Shown: piece after piece, positions 25,022 to 36,133 of the stretch
Layout: each line of letters opens with the position of its first letter
Numbering within the stretch: the first letter of the stretch is position 1
NCBI GenBank assembly: GCA_039545335.1
Contig: BCIN01000002.1
Coordinates: 2,386,678 to 2,450,677, forward strand
Direction of reading: 5' to 3'
From: Kondoa subrosea
Lineage: Eukaryota
DNA length: 64,000 bases
Notes under the pieces: model-generated
The model's database searches: none
Seen by the model: only the letters and a program-made list of their open reading frames with translations
Told to the model about the DNA's origin: nothing
Position numbers and translations under genes: made by a program

Positions 25022-25889
25022 TCAACTAATATCTTCATTCTCCTTGTTCTCCTTATTCCAATTTGCGAGCGAATCTTTCAGAGCATTAGGATAATCGGCA
25101 TACTCTTTGCCTCTTAGTGCTAGAGTATACGAAGCTGAGGCCCAACACCATCAGCGTTTTTTCACTAAGGCTCAAGACTAGCTTACCTCCTTCCAATTTC
25201 CGCAAAGATTGACCAGTGACGATCATCTTCTTTCCCAGATTCCGTACTACAGGACTGAGGGGGCTCATCTCTGTGAATATGTCATCAAACTCTTGAGGGG
25301 TGATATACAGAATGAAGCTCAAAGACTAACCTGAATGCACCTGTCTAACCCATTGCTGCGTTTCTTGCACAGTGGCCATACTCGCATCGAAGCTTGACGA
25401 TCCAACAGCAGCAATACCATAGCGCATCAATTCACCCGTAAGATCAGACAGGCTGTAAATCCGAAGAAGATAGCAGTGTCAGCATTTTATGCTGAGTCTT
25501 TTAGTCTTGAGCTTACCCTAGTAGATAATCTTCCTCGGAACAATGTACTTGAGCTTGAGACAATTTCTCTCGCACTTGTTGTAGCGTGATGAGTGATTTC
25601 GGTTCTTGCAAGAAATAAAGGAAAGAGATAGCTTCGATCTGTCCAATATACTCCATCTCTTATCCCTCAATGAGAAAGAGAGATAAAGTAGAACGGACCC
25701 ATTCTTGTAATCCACCAGTATATTGATCCTTATACCTAAAAGTATGATATGATCCTAAATCTTTACCAACAGCATCAAAAATGGCTAAAAGCTCTGCTTC
25801 TTTCGCATTCGCTTGCTGTAACAATGGACCTAAAGGTGAATTGGAAGCTCTATGTAAGAGGAAGATGAGTTTCTTTGAAGCTGCTGTAA
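25022..25889 (-). pseudogene. 5'-truncated translin-associated factor X (TRAX) copy
   Basis: Contains GGLQEW/IEAISF and DYLLGLSDLTGELMRYGI but lacks the N-terminal ~35 codons present in the copy at 31215-32299. It is fused out of frame to an MCR1 fragment. Confidence 0.85.
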
Positions 25890-26298
25890 GTAAATTCCCG
25901 GAACTCGTTTGGATCCAAAGCGGAAGTAGTTAGAGGAGTCGAATCTGTAGAAGTATAACCAGCAACGGCCTATAATAGCTTAATATAAGCCTCTGCATCG
26001 ATTGATACGAATGCGAATGTATTGACGCACTTTAACTTTCTCTGCCATATTGTGCTCCAGATCTTTGACATCTTTAGGTGAAATCTTTCCTCCTGAAGTG
26101 TACCAGTATCCACCACCAGCCACAAGTGCCACACCACCCAGAATTAAAGGTAGCTGAGAAGAGCTCGAACTAGCTGAAGTTGCGTATTGTCGCCTCTGTT
26201 GACCGGATCAGCAAGGCCCTTGACATATATGATCTGGCTCAACGCACAGCCGTAGCTGGAGCGCATCGAGCTAATCTAGGAAGAAACCGTGCTGCCAT
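25890..26298 (-). pseudogene. MCR1: 5' fragment of mitochondrial NADH-cytochrome b5 reductase (Mcr1-like), cut at the start of the FAD-binding domain
   Basis: Three exons read MAARFLPRLARCAPATA / RRQYATSASSSSSQLPLILGGVALVAGGGYWY...KVK / AVAG...SALDPNEFREFT: presequence, TM anchor and the SALDPxEF motif typical of fungal Mcr1. The sequence then switches to TRAX. Confidence 0.7.
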
Positions 26299-26419
26299 CG
26301 TTGCTGACAGAAGAGCACAATCGCGAAATATCGTCTCGCTTAGACTCAAACAGTCATATCGCGGTGCCGCCAAACGTTGCCGCTCTTACCAGTTGTGTCT
26401 AGCTGTACTAGATTGGGTC

Positions 26420-28073
26420 ATGTCGTCGGCTGCTCGCTATCGTCGCAATCGTGGGGTTCGTGGCACTATCCGGGTGTATAACGATCAAGATGCTGCTCGA
26501 ACTGCACGAGGATGTCAAAACAAGAGCCGATTTGAACGGTCTCCTCATATCAGGGAGTTCCTAAAAAAAGTTCGAAGCAATAGCAACGCAAACCCGCAAG
26601 AACCGCAAGAACCTCTAAGTACTAGCGAAGACTTAGGCACGATGTGTCTTCGGTGGGCAAGACAAGTGGTCCCACCTTCAGATGATTCAGGCGAGGAATG
26701 GGTAGACGTAGACGAGCTATCGTTTGAGATGTCAATCAACCCAGAGGGTCATGCACCGGCGAGCAGCCCTTCATCAATATCCTCTGGATCTTCTTCCACA
26801 TCCAATTCTCGTCGCAGCGCCAAATTGAAGAGAAGGGCTCCCATTGGCTCCGATGGTGTAGTGGCGATAGTGGATTTCGAGGCGTATGAAAAGACCACTC
26901 GAAATGTACGCGCTGTCTGTTTCATCATCTCGGGTCATGCTTACTTGCATAGGCAGTATTATGAGCAGATTAGGGCAGAGAGCGATCAGCAAATAGCGGC
27001 ACTTCGTTTGCAGGTGAAGGTCGAGGAAGTTGCACGTTTGAAGGAACAGGCGGCACGTTTTACGGAACAGGCGGCACGTTTGAAGGAACAGGCGGCACGT
27101 TTGAAGGCAGAGGCGCAAATGAAGGACTTGGAAGTTGCACGTACGGAGGCAGAGACAAAGAGGAAAGAAGGCATCATCTTGAACTGGCAGATCTCCGATA
27201 AAATTGTGTTAGGTACGATCCAGTCAAAGCCTCCACCGGTTGCTTCTTGTCTCATAGCTTGCTACAGCGACAACCGCGTTGATGAAAGCTCAACCTGAAT
27301 GGAAGAATGAAATGGATGACTTGCCTCGTAGGCTCGCATTAGGTTTACAGAGGCCAGTGTGCTGATCTGAGCTACAGTGCGCCAAGCTCTCCGACAAGAC
27401 CGCTCAACAGCTTTGCTACAGGATATGCTGCGTATTTTTGATAATCTGCCAAGGGCTGTCCAAGACCTCACGAAAGCCGCGTACGCCGTTCTGACCAAGC
27501 CTAACGCTCAAGCACGACATGATCTCTATCATCCCAAAACTGACAAGCAAGCGTTGCATGTCTTTGCAGTACAAAAGTTGGACGCCCCCGACACCGCGCT
27601 CAATGACGCAGTCAATCTTCTTGCGCCACAGAGGATTCATACTACCCTTTCCAATGAACTGGTTGAGGCGTTCCCAAACTCCTAGCACTGTCTACTTCCC
27701 TCGTACGTCTCATTTGTTAGGGTTACATGTATTCTCGCAGCTGATGTTTAACCTTGTGAACCCGTATCAGAGTGCCAGTATACTGCTGTAGCAATGGAAA
27801 GAGACTCTCTTTCATGTATACGTTGTACGTCTCTGCTGCTGCCGCGCTGTCCTTCTTTAAGTGGTTCCCGTCAGCAGGATATAGCACCGATAATGCAAAA
27901 ACCATCTTCTGAATTATTCAGTCCAATCTGTTCGTACAATCTATATCGCTCTCACAAGCTCGTAAAGGTATCGGTCTCATATTGTGAGTCTATCCTTTTG
28001 CAGTTTTTACTGAATTTGAGCTAAAGTGAAAAGCAAAGACGTCGTAGCGAAGTACCGCCGAAAGCGAATCTAG
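26420..28073 (+). CDS. Orphan coiled-coil protein gene, possibly a pseudogene (start and 3' exons uncertain)
   Basis: Long ORF to 27298 and a second ORF at 27377-27685 are linked by GT-AG introns. Possible further exons are interrupted by in-frame TAG (27683-27685) and TGA (27910-27912). Confidence 0.5.
27032..27115 (+). repeat. 21-bp coding tandem repeat x4 (heptad ARLKEQA)
   Basis: GCACGTTTGAAGGAACAGGCG / GCACGTTTTACGGAACAGGCG / GCACGTTTGAAGGAACAGGCG / GCACGTTTGAAGGCAGAGGCG. Confidence 0.95.
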
Positions 28074-28216
28074 CCGCATTGCTACTTCTTGACGGTGAAA
28101 TTATCATTGCTTTCTCCGCTATGTATAACTAGTGAATTGCATACTTTCTTTTTACTTGTTATTGTACATTGCTTCGCTTTCACCGGCAGGGCAATTGTCC
28201 GTCTAATGGCAAGCTC

Positions 28217-29762
28217 CTAGCTCACTGACCTGCTACCAGCTACGACATATTTCTTTGTCTTGTCCATCTAGTTGTAAACATCTTGAGAAACGCGTAGAGT
28301 ATCTTTCACTACATGACCAGGCAGCAGAGCCATCCATTGTTGAAGCGAAACGCTAGAATCCAAGAAACAGATTGAGCTTATCATCGGTTACCGAGGTACC
28401 ACTACGCTCACTCTTCAACAGAAGGAGCCTTGAAGATCTATGGGGAGCTGATGCATTCAATATAATGACCGTAGCTGTTGTCGAATTTTCAGCCAAATAG
28501 ATGTCAAGGTAGAGAGACCTTACTCTTTTGGAATATATCCAACACCCTCCGCCTGGAAGTTGAAAGTGCGAGTGTTTTCGCCTGCAGCAAAGAGCCCAGC
28601 GCGGAAGTTTCCATAAATGAAGTAATCCCATGCATCGGAATTAGGGTGCCAGTGGAGCTCCCGCATACCTAGTTAAAAGATCAGCGGCGAACTTGACTTC
28701 TCGATTGATGTGCCGACCAACCTCCTGGCTGAATAGTGAACTCTGCTGCTGCTATAGTTTGCGAGGCGTTGAAGTTCGTGCTATCTGCAATCTTTACAGT
28801 GCCACCTTCGAGCTGTAAATCACCTTCTCAGTTTGCCAANNAGAGAAAGATATGATTGATCATGACTGACCTGCATTGGCTGCACTTTCGAGAACGAGTA
28901 GGTGTAAGCNTCAGTTGTTCGACCTCCTGGAGCATTCGGTACGTCTTGCTGACTGACTGGTCCGGGAGAAGGTGCTTCAACTGTGCCATGCTTCAGTACA
29001 ACCATGTGCTGAGAGGGATAAGAGCATACAAATATAGAGTTCCTCGCCAGGTATGTCACTGAAGGCTGTGGAGTTCTCATCGTAGCCAAAGTTCTTATTC
29101 AGAACGCCTTTAGGAATGTGAGCAGTCCAGTCAGAAACGAGGAAGGTGTCATTCTCGTCGAAGTCGCCCTGTGACATATATGACATGTCAGCTTTACCTC
29201 AGCGCAGCTGTCCTGATGTCGCACCTGATCAAATACCAAGATGAATTCGATGCCTATATCGGGATCATTCGCCTGGATCGAATGAGCTAGATAAGAGTAT
29301 CAGCAGGCTCAAGGATAGAGAAGAACAGTATATTGGCTGACGAATGCCTGAAGGGAAGAACCAAAGGTCGCCAGCCTCCACATCTGTTAAGACCAAATTC
29401 AATATCGAGACTCTCAGGCAGCTAGATGACAGACCAGCAGCGAAATTCTGTCCGTTCGGATCCGTGTTCACTACGGCTACAGTTGCAGAACCTTTGAGCA
29501 CAAAAGCCCATTCGTTCGCTGTTGGAATATGACTGGATTAGCTAAGGTGAACATGACGAAATTTGACTTGCCAGTATGCCAATGAAGCTCTACTAACTCT
29601 ATCAAGCCGATAATCATAGACATGGGAGAAAGACAAACCTCTATAGGCACCAGGTTTCACTGTCAAAATGGCAGCCAGTCTTAGTCGACACCAAAGTCAC
29701 ATAATGCGCAAAGCTTACATCGCACATTCACACCAGCTATACTCTCAGCACTGGGTAATTCC
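28217..29762 (-). pseudogene. oxdC: 5'-truncated, disabled oxalate decarboxylase (bicupin, OxdC family)
   Basis: Begins abruptly at ELPSAESIAGVNVRLKPGAYRELHWH. Also has GDLWFFPSG, GDFDENDTFLVSDW and a second GMRELHWHP. No N-terminus or signal peptide; premature TAG at 28268-28270. Confidence 0.88.
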
Positions 29763-29842
29763 GATTAGATTCCGCACGATCAAGTGTGTCGACGAGAAGA
29801 AGACCAACCTTGATGCTGATGTTGTACTAATGGTGGATGCAT
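29763..29842 (-). pseudogene. CMC2: CMC2 exon 1 plus partial intron 1 (truncated copy)
   Basis: ATGCATCCACCATTAGTACAACATCAGCATCAAG|GT encodes the same MHPPLVQHQHQ as the intact copy (one synonymous change). Downstream exons are replaced by oxdC sequence. Confidence 0.85.
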
Positions 29843-29961
29843 TGACCAGTACTTCAAAGAACGGTGTAGGTGTGGCTGCTTCAAGACAAGCGCTGTAACG
29901 AAATCCAAAATGTTCCACAGCTTAACCTTGCCAAACCATCTTCTCCCTGACTACTGTTAGA

Positions 29962-31148
29962 ATGAAACAGAAACGGACTAAAGCTAATCGCAAGACGATG
30001 AATATTTATACAGCCTCTTACGGCTTCAGGTAACTTTTCAAGTCTTGTTGACCTTAAGATCTGATAAATCTTGCTCATTTTGCATTTTCTATAGGGAACC
30101 GTTCAGGATACTGGGTCAGTCCCTTGATAGACAAGTAATTACGGATGCCTTATACCGTGAAACTAAGTGGATGCGGATTTTGCTTTGTCTGTGATTGCGC
30201 AGAAATTGGATATTGAAGACCGACTGAAATCTACTCTTTGTGGTGAAATCAACCCTAGTAGGTTTTGAGTAACAGGAGACATAGGAGCTTCTTCTCTGAT
30301 CTAAAATTGAACCAAAGTGATTACGCAATGCTGTTTGAATCATTTGTATGATTTGGGACCTGATGGTCAACCTGCTGTTGAACTCGCTCGAAGTTGGACA
30401 AGATGGAAATGCAATCATTGGCAAACCAAGAGTACAACAGCTGAATGTCTATCAGGTGTTATAGGTCAGTTCCCATCACCTGTTTTTGCATAGCATTAAG
30501 AAGCTAAGTTAGTGAGATTTCTTTTCAGGCGATACAAATGCAAGACAATATTGTTTAGCTACTCAATCATCAGATTTAAGAGCAACATCAAGAGATATTC
30601 CAGGTTTACCAATCATTTACCTCAATCCACATTCAGTCTTGATTCTCGAACCACCTTCAGAAGCAACTATAGGCAAACGCAAACAAATTGAAGAAACAAA
30701 ATTACATGCTTCAACTAGTGAATTAAAAGATTTACAAGCTGGAAACAATGTTATAGGATCTTCTTCTTCTTCAACAATACCTTCTACTTCTTCTACTTTA
30801 GCTCAACCAGTTAAAACTGCTGAACAAACTATAGCCGCAAAGATGAAGAAGAAGAAAAGTGGACCGAAAGCTCCTAATCCTTTGAGTGTGAAAAAGAAGA
30901 AGAAATCAACTGTTTCTAATAACATGAACGGACCGAAAGTGAAAGCAAGCAAAGAGAAGCCTAAAGTCGCAAAGTCGAAACCTGTCAATCCTGAAGCAAC
31001 ATCTTCTGAACAGATAGAAAGCGCAGTAGGAAAGACGCAAGAGAGTATATTGAGAACTGCAAGAGATGTTCGAAAACGGCAGAGGAAAAGAGCAAAGAAG
31101 TCTGAGCCTGCGAATAGCGCTAGTGCTAGTGTGCCTGAAGCAGTATAG
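29962..31148 (+). CDS. UTP23: rRNA-processing PIN-domain protein Utp23, copy 2
   Basis: Same exon structure and motifs as copy 1; the reading frame appears intact. Confidence 0.93.
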
Positions 31149-31214
31149 CAGAGGGAAGATATCATCTGCTATGTAACATATATATTTGCATTGTATTCCC
31201 ATTAACTAATATCT

Positions 31215-32299
31215 TTATTCTCCTTGTTCATTCTCCTTGTTCTCCTTATTCCAATTTGCGAGCGAATCTTTTAGAGCATTAGGGTAATCGGCATACTCTT
31301 TGCCTCTCAGTGCTAGAGTGTACGACGCTGAACCCCAAGACTCTGAGCGTTTCTTTTCATTAAGACCGAAGACTAGCTTACCTCCTTCGAGTTTCCGCAG
31401 AGATTGACCAGTGACAGTCATCTTCTTCCCCAAATTCCGTACTACAGGACTGAGGGGACTCATCTCTGTTGCAGATGATCACTTCCTGATTAATAGAACA
31501 TTAACTGGAAGTGCAAAGAACCAACCTGAATGCATCTGTCTGACCCATTGCTGCGTTTCTTGCACAGTAGCCATACTCGCATCAAAGCTTGATGATCCAA
31601 CAGCAGCAATACCATAACGCATTAATTCACCCGTAAGATCAGATAGTCTGTAAGTTCCGTCGAGATATCCAATCAGCTATTCGCTGAGTCGAAAACCGTC
31701 GAACTTACCCTAGTAAATAATCTTCCTCGGAACAATGTACTTGAGCTTGAGATAGCTTCTCTCGCACTTGTTGTAGCGTGATGAGTGATTTCGGTTCTTG
31801 CAAGAAATAAAGGAAAGAGATAGCTTCAATCTGTTCGTATTCTCCGTCGCTATCCCTCAATGAGAAAGGAGACAAGTAGAACGAACCCATTCTTGTAATC
31901 CACCAGTATATTGATCCTTATACCTAAAAGTATGATACGATCCTAAATCTTTACCAACTGCGTCAAACATGGCTAAAAGCTCTGCTTCTTTCGTATTGGC
32001 TTGCTGTAACAAAGGGCCTAAAGGTGAATTGGAAGCTCTATGTAAGAGGAAGATGAGCTTCTTTGCAGCTGCTGTAATGTCGCGACTGCATTTGATCAAG
32101 CGTTCTCTTCTGTCTTGCTGAATAGCAATAGGAAGTAAGCAGGGCAGAACAGAGGACGAGAAGATAGGAGTAGCTTGCGTGTTCGTTCAACTCAACGGCA
32201 CTAAGGAGAGAAATAATCAACTGTATGAATAATGACACTTTGAAGACTGGAGGAAAGCTACAAGTTCTGGAACATCTCCCTGATGCTAACCTGAGCCAT
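31215..32299 (-). CDS. Translin-associated factor X (TRAX/translin family), full-length copy
   Basis: MAQVSIREMFQNFAVELNEH-QDRRERLIKCSRDITAAAKKLIFLLHR...GGLQEWIEAISF...DYLLGLSDLTGELMRYGI...KKMTVTGQSLRKLE. Confidence 0.88.
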
Positions 32300-32465
32300 G
32301 GTATCTACGATGTGGTATCTGAGTCTTTGAAGATATATCTAGAAAATGGTTCACGCGGTACAAAGAGAAGCATTTGCAAAATGAATAACGCGAGTGTCCC
32401 TAGAATCTCTTAAGATGAACTGAACAGTATAGTAATAGTACATTGCACAGCAACATATCGAGAAA

Positions 32466-35400
32466 CTAATGTCCGATCAAGCGAAGCAGCATATACAGAG
32501 TTGTTCCCGCAGCTGCAGAAGGGAACCGTCAGCTTGGTTCAAGCAATAAGAAGGCTAAGGAAACGTACCTCTGAAAGCTGCCATTCCAGCAACGGCCCAA
32601 AAGATGCAAGTCCTAATTACAAAAGAGGTCAGTAAATTTCCGAAGAAAGCATGTACGTGACTTACATATAAGGATTGACTGTTGACCCTCTTGTACCAAA
32701 GTTGTCGTTCGCCCAATCCAAGAAGAAGTTGGAAGTGAAGACCAGGACGAGCGCGATATTGCATAAAGCGAAGGTAAGAACAGTATTGGTTCTGAAATTC
32801 TGTGAGTAGAAAAAGATTTGTAAGCGAATATTGACGCTAAAAGCCATCCTCTTCACTCACCCGCATATGATCTTCTTGTTTCTGATCCGCACTTCGCTTC
32901 TGCTTGACTTCGATAGTCTTGACGCTCAAATCTTTTCGCATCGCAAGCCAAACATCGTTGACATCCTTTTCGTTACCCGGCAATTCAACCTCAACCTTTC
33001 CTTCTTTACCAGTCTTCGCACCACCGAGAGCTGCTGGTGTAGATTGTCCTTCTAAAAACAAAAAGGATGGACATCAGCAAATGTTGCTACTGAAGAGACT
33101 CGTGACGTACTTGTGCCCCAGGAGACATCGTGCAGATTGCAGAAAGAATAGATTGAAAGAATGTTGATTGTCGAAGGCAAAAGCAGCATATATTGGATGA
33201 AACTTGTAAAGAGATGCCATGGCTCGGCATGTAGAATGCTGGAGTAGATGTAAAGGCCATAAGTTGCGCCCAAAGAGATGACGATATCTCTAAAGGCGGG
33301 CTTCCTCATGAGATCTCCACTAACAGCGAATAGATTGAAAATGAGTATCACATGCGGAAAGCTTGGACGCACAAGTCTTTCCAGCCGTCTAGATTGTGAG
33401 GTACCACCAACCATATAGTCCAAGAGGCACAATATCTTCATCGATTAATAGGACATGAGCGAACGAAGTTGCTACTGAAAAGGCACTTGACGTACAGAGC
33501 GACACCAAATAGAAGAGCGAAAATCACAATACATCCCACATACATGATTCTGCTTCCTGTCGAAGATATTAGAAGAAGGCCAGATGTACGAGCTTTTACT
33601 GACCTTGTGGTCTGTTGCCTAACGAGCAGATGATAATCACAAAGAGCAGAGCCAAATAGACATTGGTCAAGATCTCGAGCACATTCTTGCCTTGCCCATT
33701 GAATGGATCCTTTTCCGGGTTCTGCACTGAGGACGATGCAAGGAAGAAGAAGGCCAAGTAGAAATTTGCCGGTCCCAAAAAAGTGAAGATCATGACGATT
33801 GCGTTGTAGAGGAATTCGATGTTCAACCAAAGACAGCGCAGAACATTGTGCCCAGATGTCCAGATGCGGAAGAAGTGCAAGACAGAGTATAGACATGCGA
33901 AGAAAGCACCCTAGAGCATTGTCAGCAGGTATAATATGGCCCACAATAGGCAACTTACATTCAGCCAGCGACGACGTTGGGAGATATATTCAGCTGTTGA
34001 CGAAGGGGCATCTGTCGAAGCCTTCGCACTCTTGACATATTTGAGAACCCAAGCTTCTCGTTTCTTTGTAACAATCTCGAAGCAGAGAATACGATCTTCA
34101 GCCAAGTACATATTCGCGTCGAAAGCTGATCCAGTATATCCGCTACCCAAAGGTATTCAGCATGACCGTTTTGATTGATGTACAAAAAGGAACTCACGGC
34201 TCATGCATCTTCTCGCCTGTGGCAAGCACTTTCAGCCATGTAATCTGAAAGTAATGAGTGGAGAAAGCTTACCCAAGAAGTAAGAAGCCAAAGGTCCTTT
34301 GCCATTTGCATGATTTTGCAGGGCTTTCCATCTATAAGCTGAGAAAGCACCAGGCAAGACACTGATGTAGCCAAATACACTCTCCGTCGGTTTGTCCAGG
34401 ATATTACTCATTTTGTACTGCGAGAGGTCGCACAAACCAAATTAGCGCGAAGCTAATCTGCAGATATCGACCTCACCTCAAAGTTTTGTGCGGCGACCAA
34501 CGGATTGAAGACGTTCACGCAGCCTCTGCCGAGATCGACGCAGATCTAATAAATATGTAAGTATCGCGCTATCGCATCGGCAAATTGGCCGTACCTCGCC
34601 GCAAGCTCCCCCGACCTGCGAGATGCTTTCTTAGTGCATTGAAGCTTTCAAGATATGTATACTTACATTGCTATGCTTGTCGAATCTGCACGGGTATATA
34701 TTAGCAGATATCATCTAGCATACAAGACAGACGCACTCTTTCCAAAGCTTGTAAAGAGAAGTACCGGATGGTCTTGTTCCAACATCGATGAGAATGCAAA
34801 CGTTTGGATTCAGGGAAGCGCAAATAGCGTTGAAGAACCATCGATGGGAATTGAGCTTCTTCTTATTTTGTTCTTTGAGGACAAAAATGATTTGTACTGG
34901 TGCGATACCTCCTGCTACGTTGCCCATTTGATCAACTACGACTTGGGAAGAATACTGATTTTTTTTGAATTAGGTTCGTGAATGACAGTATGAGACAGCA
35001 ACTTACTTCGAAGATGTGTGCAGTCACCGGTTTACCCATGACGCTGTCTTTTGCGATGCCTTCTTGGTAAACACCATATAAACCAAGCATTTTCAAGACT
35101 TTGGCATTACATTTGGCTGTTCGAAATCGGTTGCTTCTCAGCTAGAAGGAAGCTAAAGAACGCCGCTGACGAACCTCTACCATCAGCAACAATGCAAACA
35201 ACAATCTTTTCCCATGCTTTCGGACCCCAAGTCTTGGATTTAGTTCTCGATTGCAAATGTTGGATATTCTTGACGATCGAAGACATTGAATCATCAAACA
35301 ATTTCTCTTCTTCGTTGTACATGGTGGCTACTATAGCCATTTCGGTTTGTCGACCGTATAAGTTTTGCCGAAGCGTATACTTTGATCGCACGAAATCATC

Positions 35401-36133
35401 CCTGTCGCGGTTCGACAACGTTAGCTAGGCCCAACCAGCGCAACGCAGTGGAACAACGAACGGATCGCAAGTACAGGCTGTGTAGCGCATCTTCTTGAAT
35501 TCCTCAGGGTTACCAGAGTAATCTTTGGCGTAAGAAAGAATTGAAGTTGGAACAGGGCAATCAAGAACCTAAAGGGGCCTTGCAACATCAACAAACAAAC
35601 AGAAAGCAAGGGGTCGGATATGATAGCTCACCAGATTGCCTTGAGTGAGTTCGACCTTCTTTGTGCTTCTGGCCCGCAGAAGTCTTTGAGCTGCATACCC
35701 ATAACCAGCAGTGGGCGATAGAGAAGGTGAAGGCATATTCACTTTGCAAAGCACTCAGCCAGATGCCTCCTTATTGGACATAGAAGGACTGACTTCTTTG
35801 TTGCGAACCTGCAAAGTAATCCGTTTGACCGTACTGTTTCTCGCTATAGGGAGTTTGAATGGTAGGAGTGTAACCTTGTTGGATCTGAGGAACAGGCGGG
35901 TAGTCTTGGTAACTGTTAGCAGCAGGATCGTGCAAGTTGGTCCGAGAGTTGAAACTCTTCACAGACCGCCCATCGTCCTGCGATGGTCTGTTATGGTAAT
36001 CGTTGTAGAAGTCATCGTTGGATGCTGCGTACTCTTGTTGCGCATAGGATTGCGCGTGATAAGGTGTAGCTGTGAGATGCTCTGTTGATTGAGGTTGTTG
36101 GCCGTAAGGCATGTTTGATTGATAATAGGCCAT
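32466..36133 (-). CDS. Chitin synthase (GT2, division 1 type, no myosin domain)
   Basis: [95 protein letters not shown]. Confidence 0.97.

Larger units (their letters stand above)
23623..25889. repeat. Direct segmental duplication, copy 1 (CMC2 5' end - UTP23 - TRAX 3' part)
   Basis: Aligns colinearly with 29763-32077. Exons are near-identical and introns clearly diverged. Similarity stops abruptly after ...gctgctgtaa at 25889. Confidence 0.95.
29763..32077. repeat. Direct segmental duplication, copy 2
   Basis: Matches 23623-25889. Similarity begins abruptly at gattagatt (29763) inside CMC2 intron 1. Confidence 0.95.

Noticed and set aside
26180..26419. N-terminal part of the 372-aa ORF 26180-27298
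   Set aside because: It starts at a TTG and overlaps the antisense MCR1 fragment exons; the real start is probably ATG 26420 or 26642.
27032..27115. 21-bp repeats as a CRISPR-like array
   Set aside because: The units are head-to-tail with no spacers, lie in a reading frame encoding heptads, and the context is eukaryotic.
28268..28270. Programmed stop-codon readthrough in oxdC
   Set aside because: The gene has other disabling lesions and lacks its 5' end, so a nonsense mutation is the simpler explanation.
25890..29762. Inserted block as a transposon (Helitron, MULE or LTR capture)
   Set aside because: I could see no transposase, helicase or RT coding, terminal inverted repeats, LTRs or short target-site duplication. 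Both ends fall inside ordinary genes.
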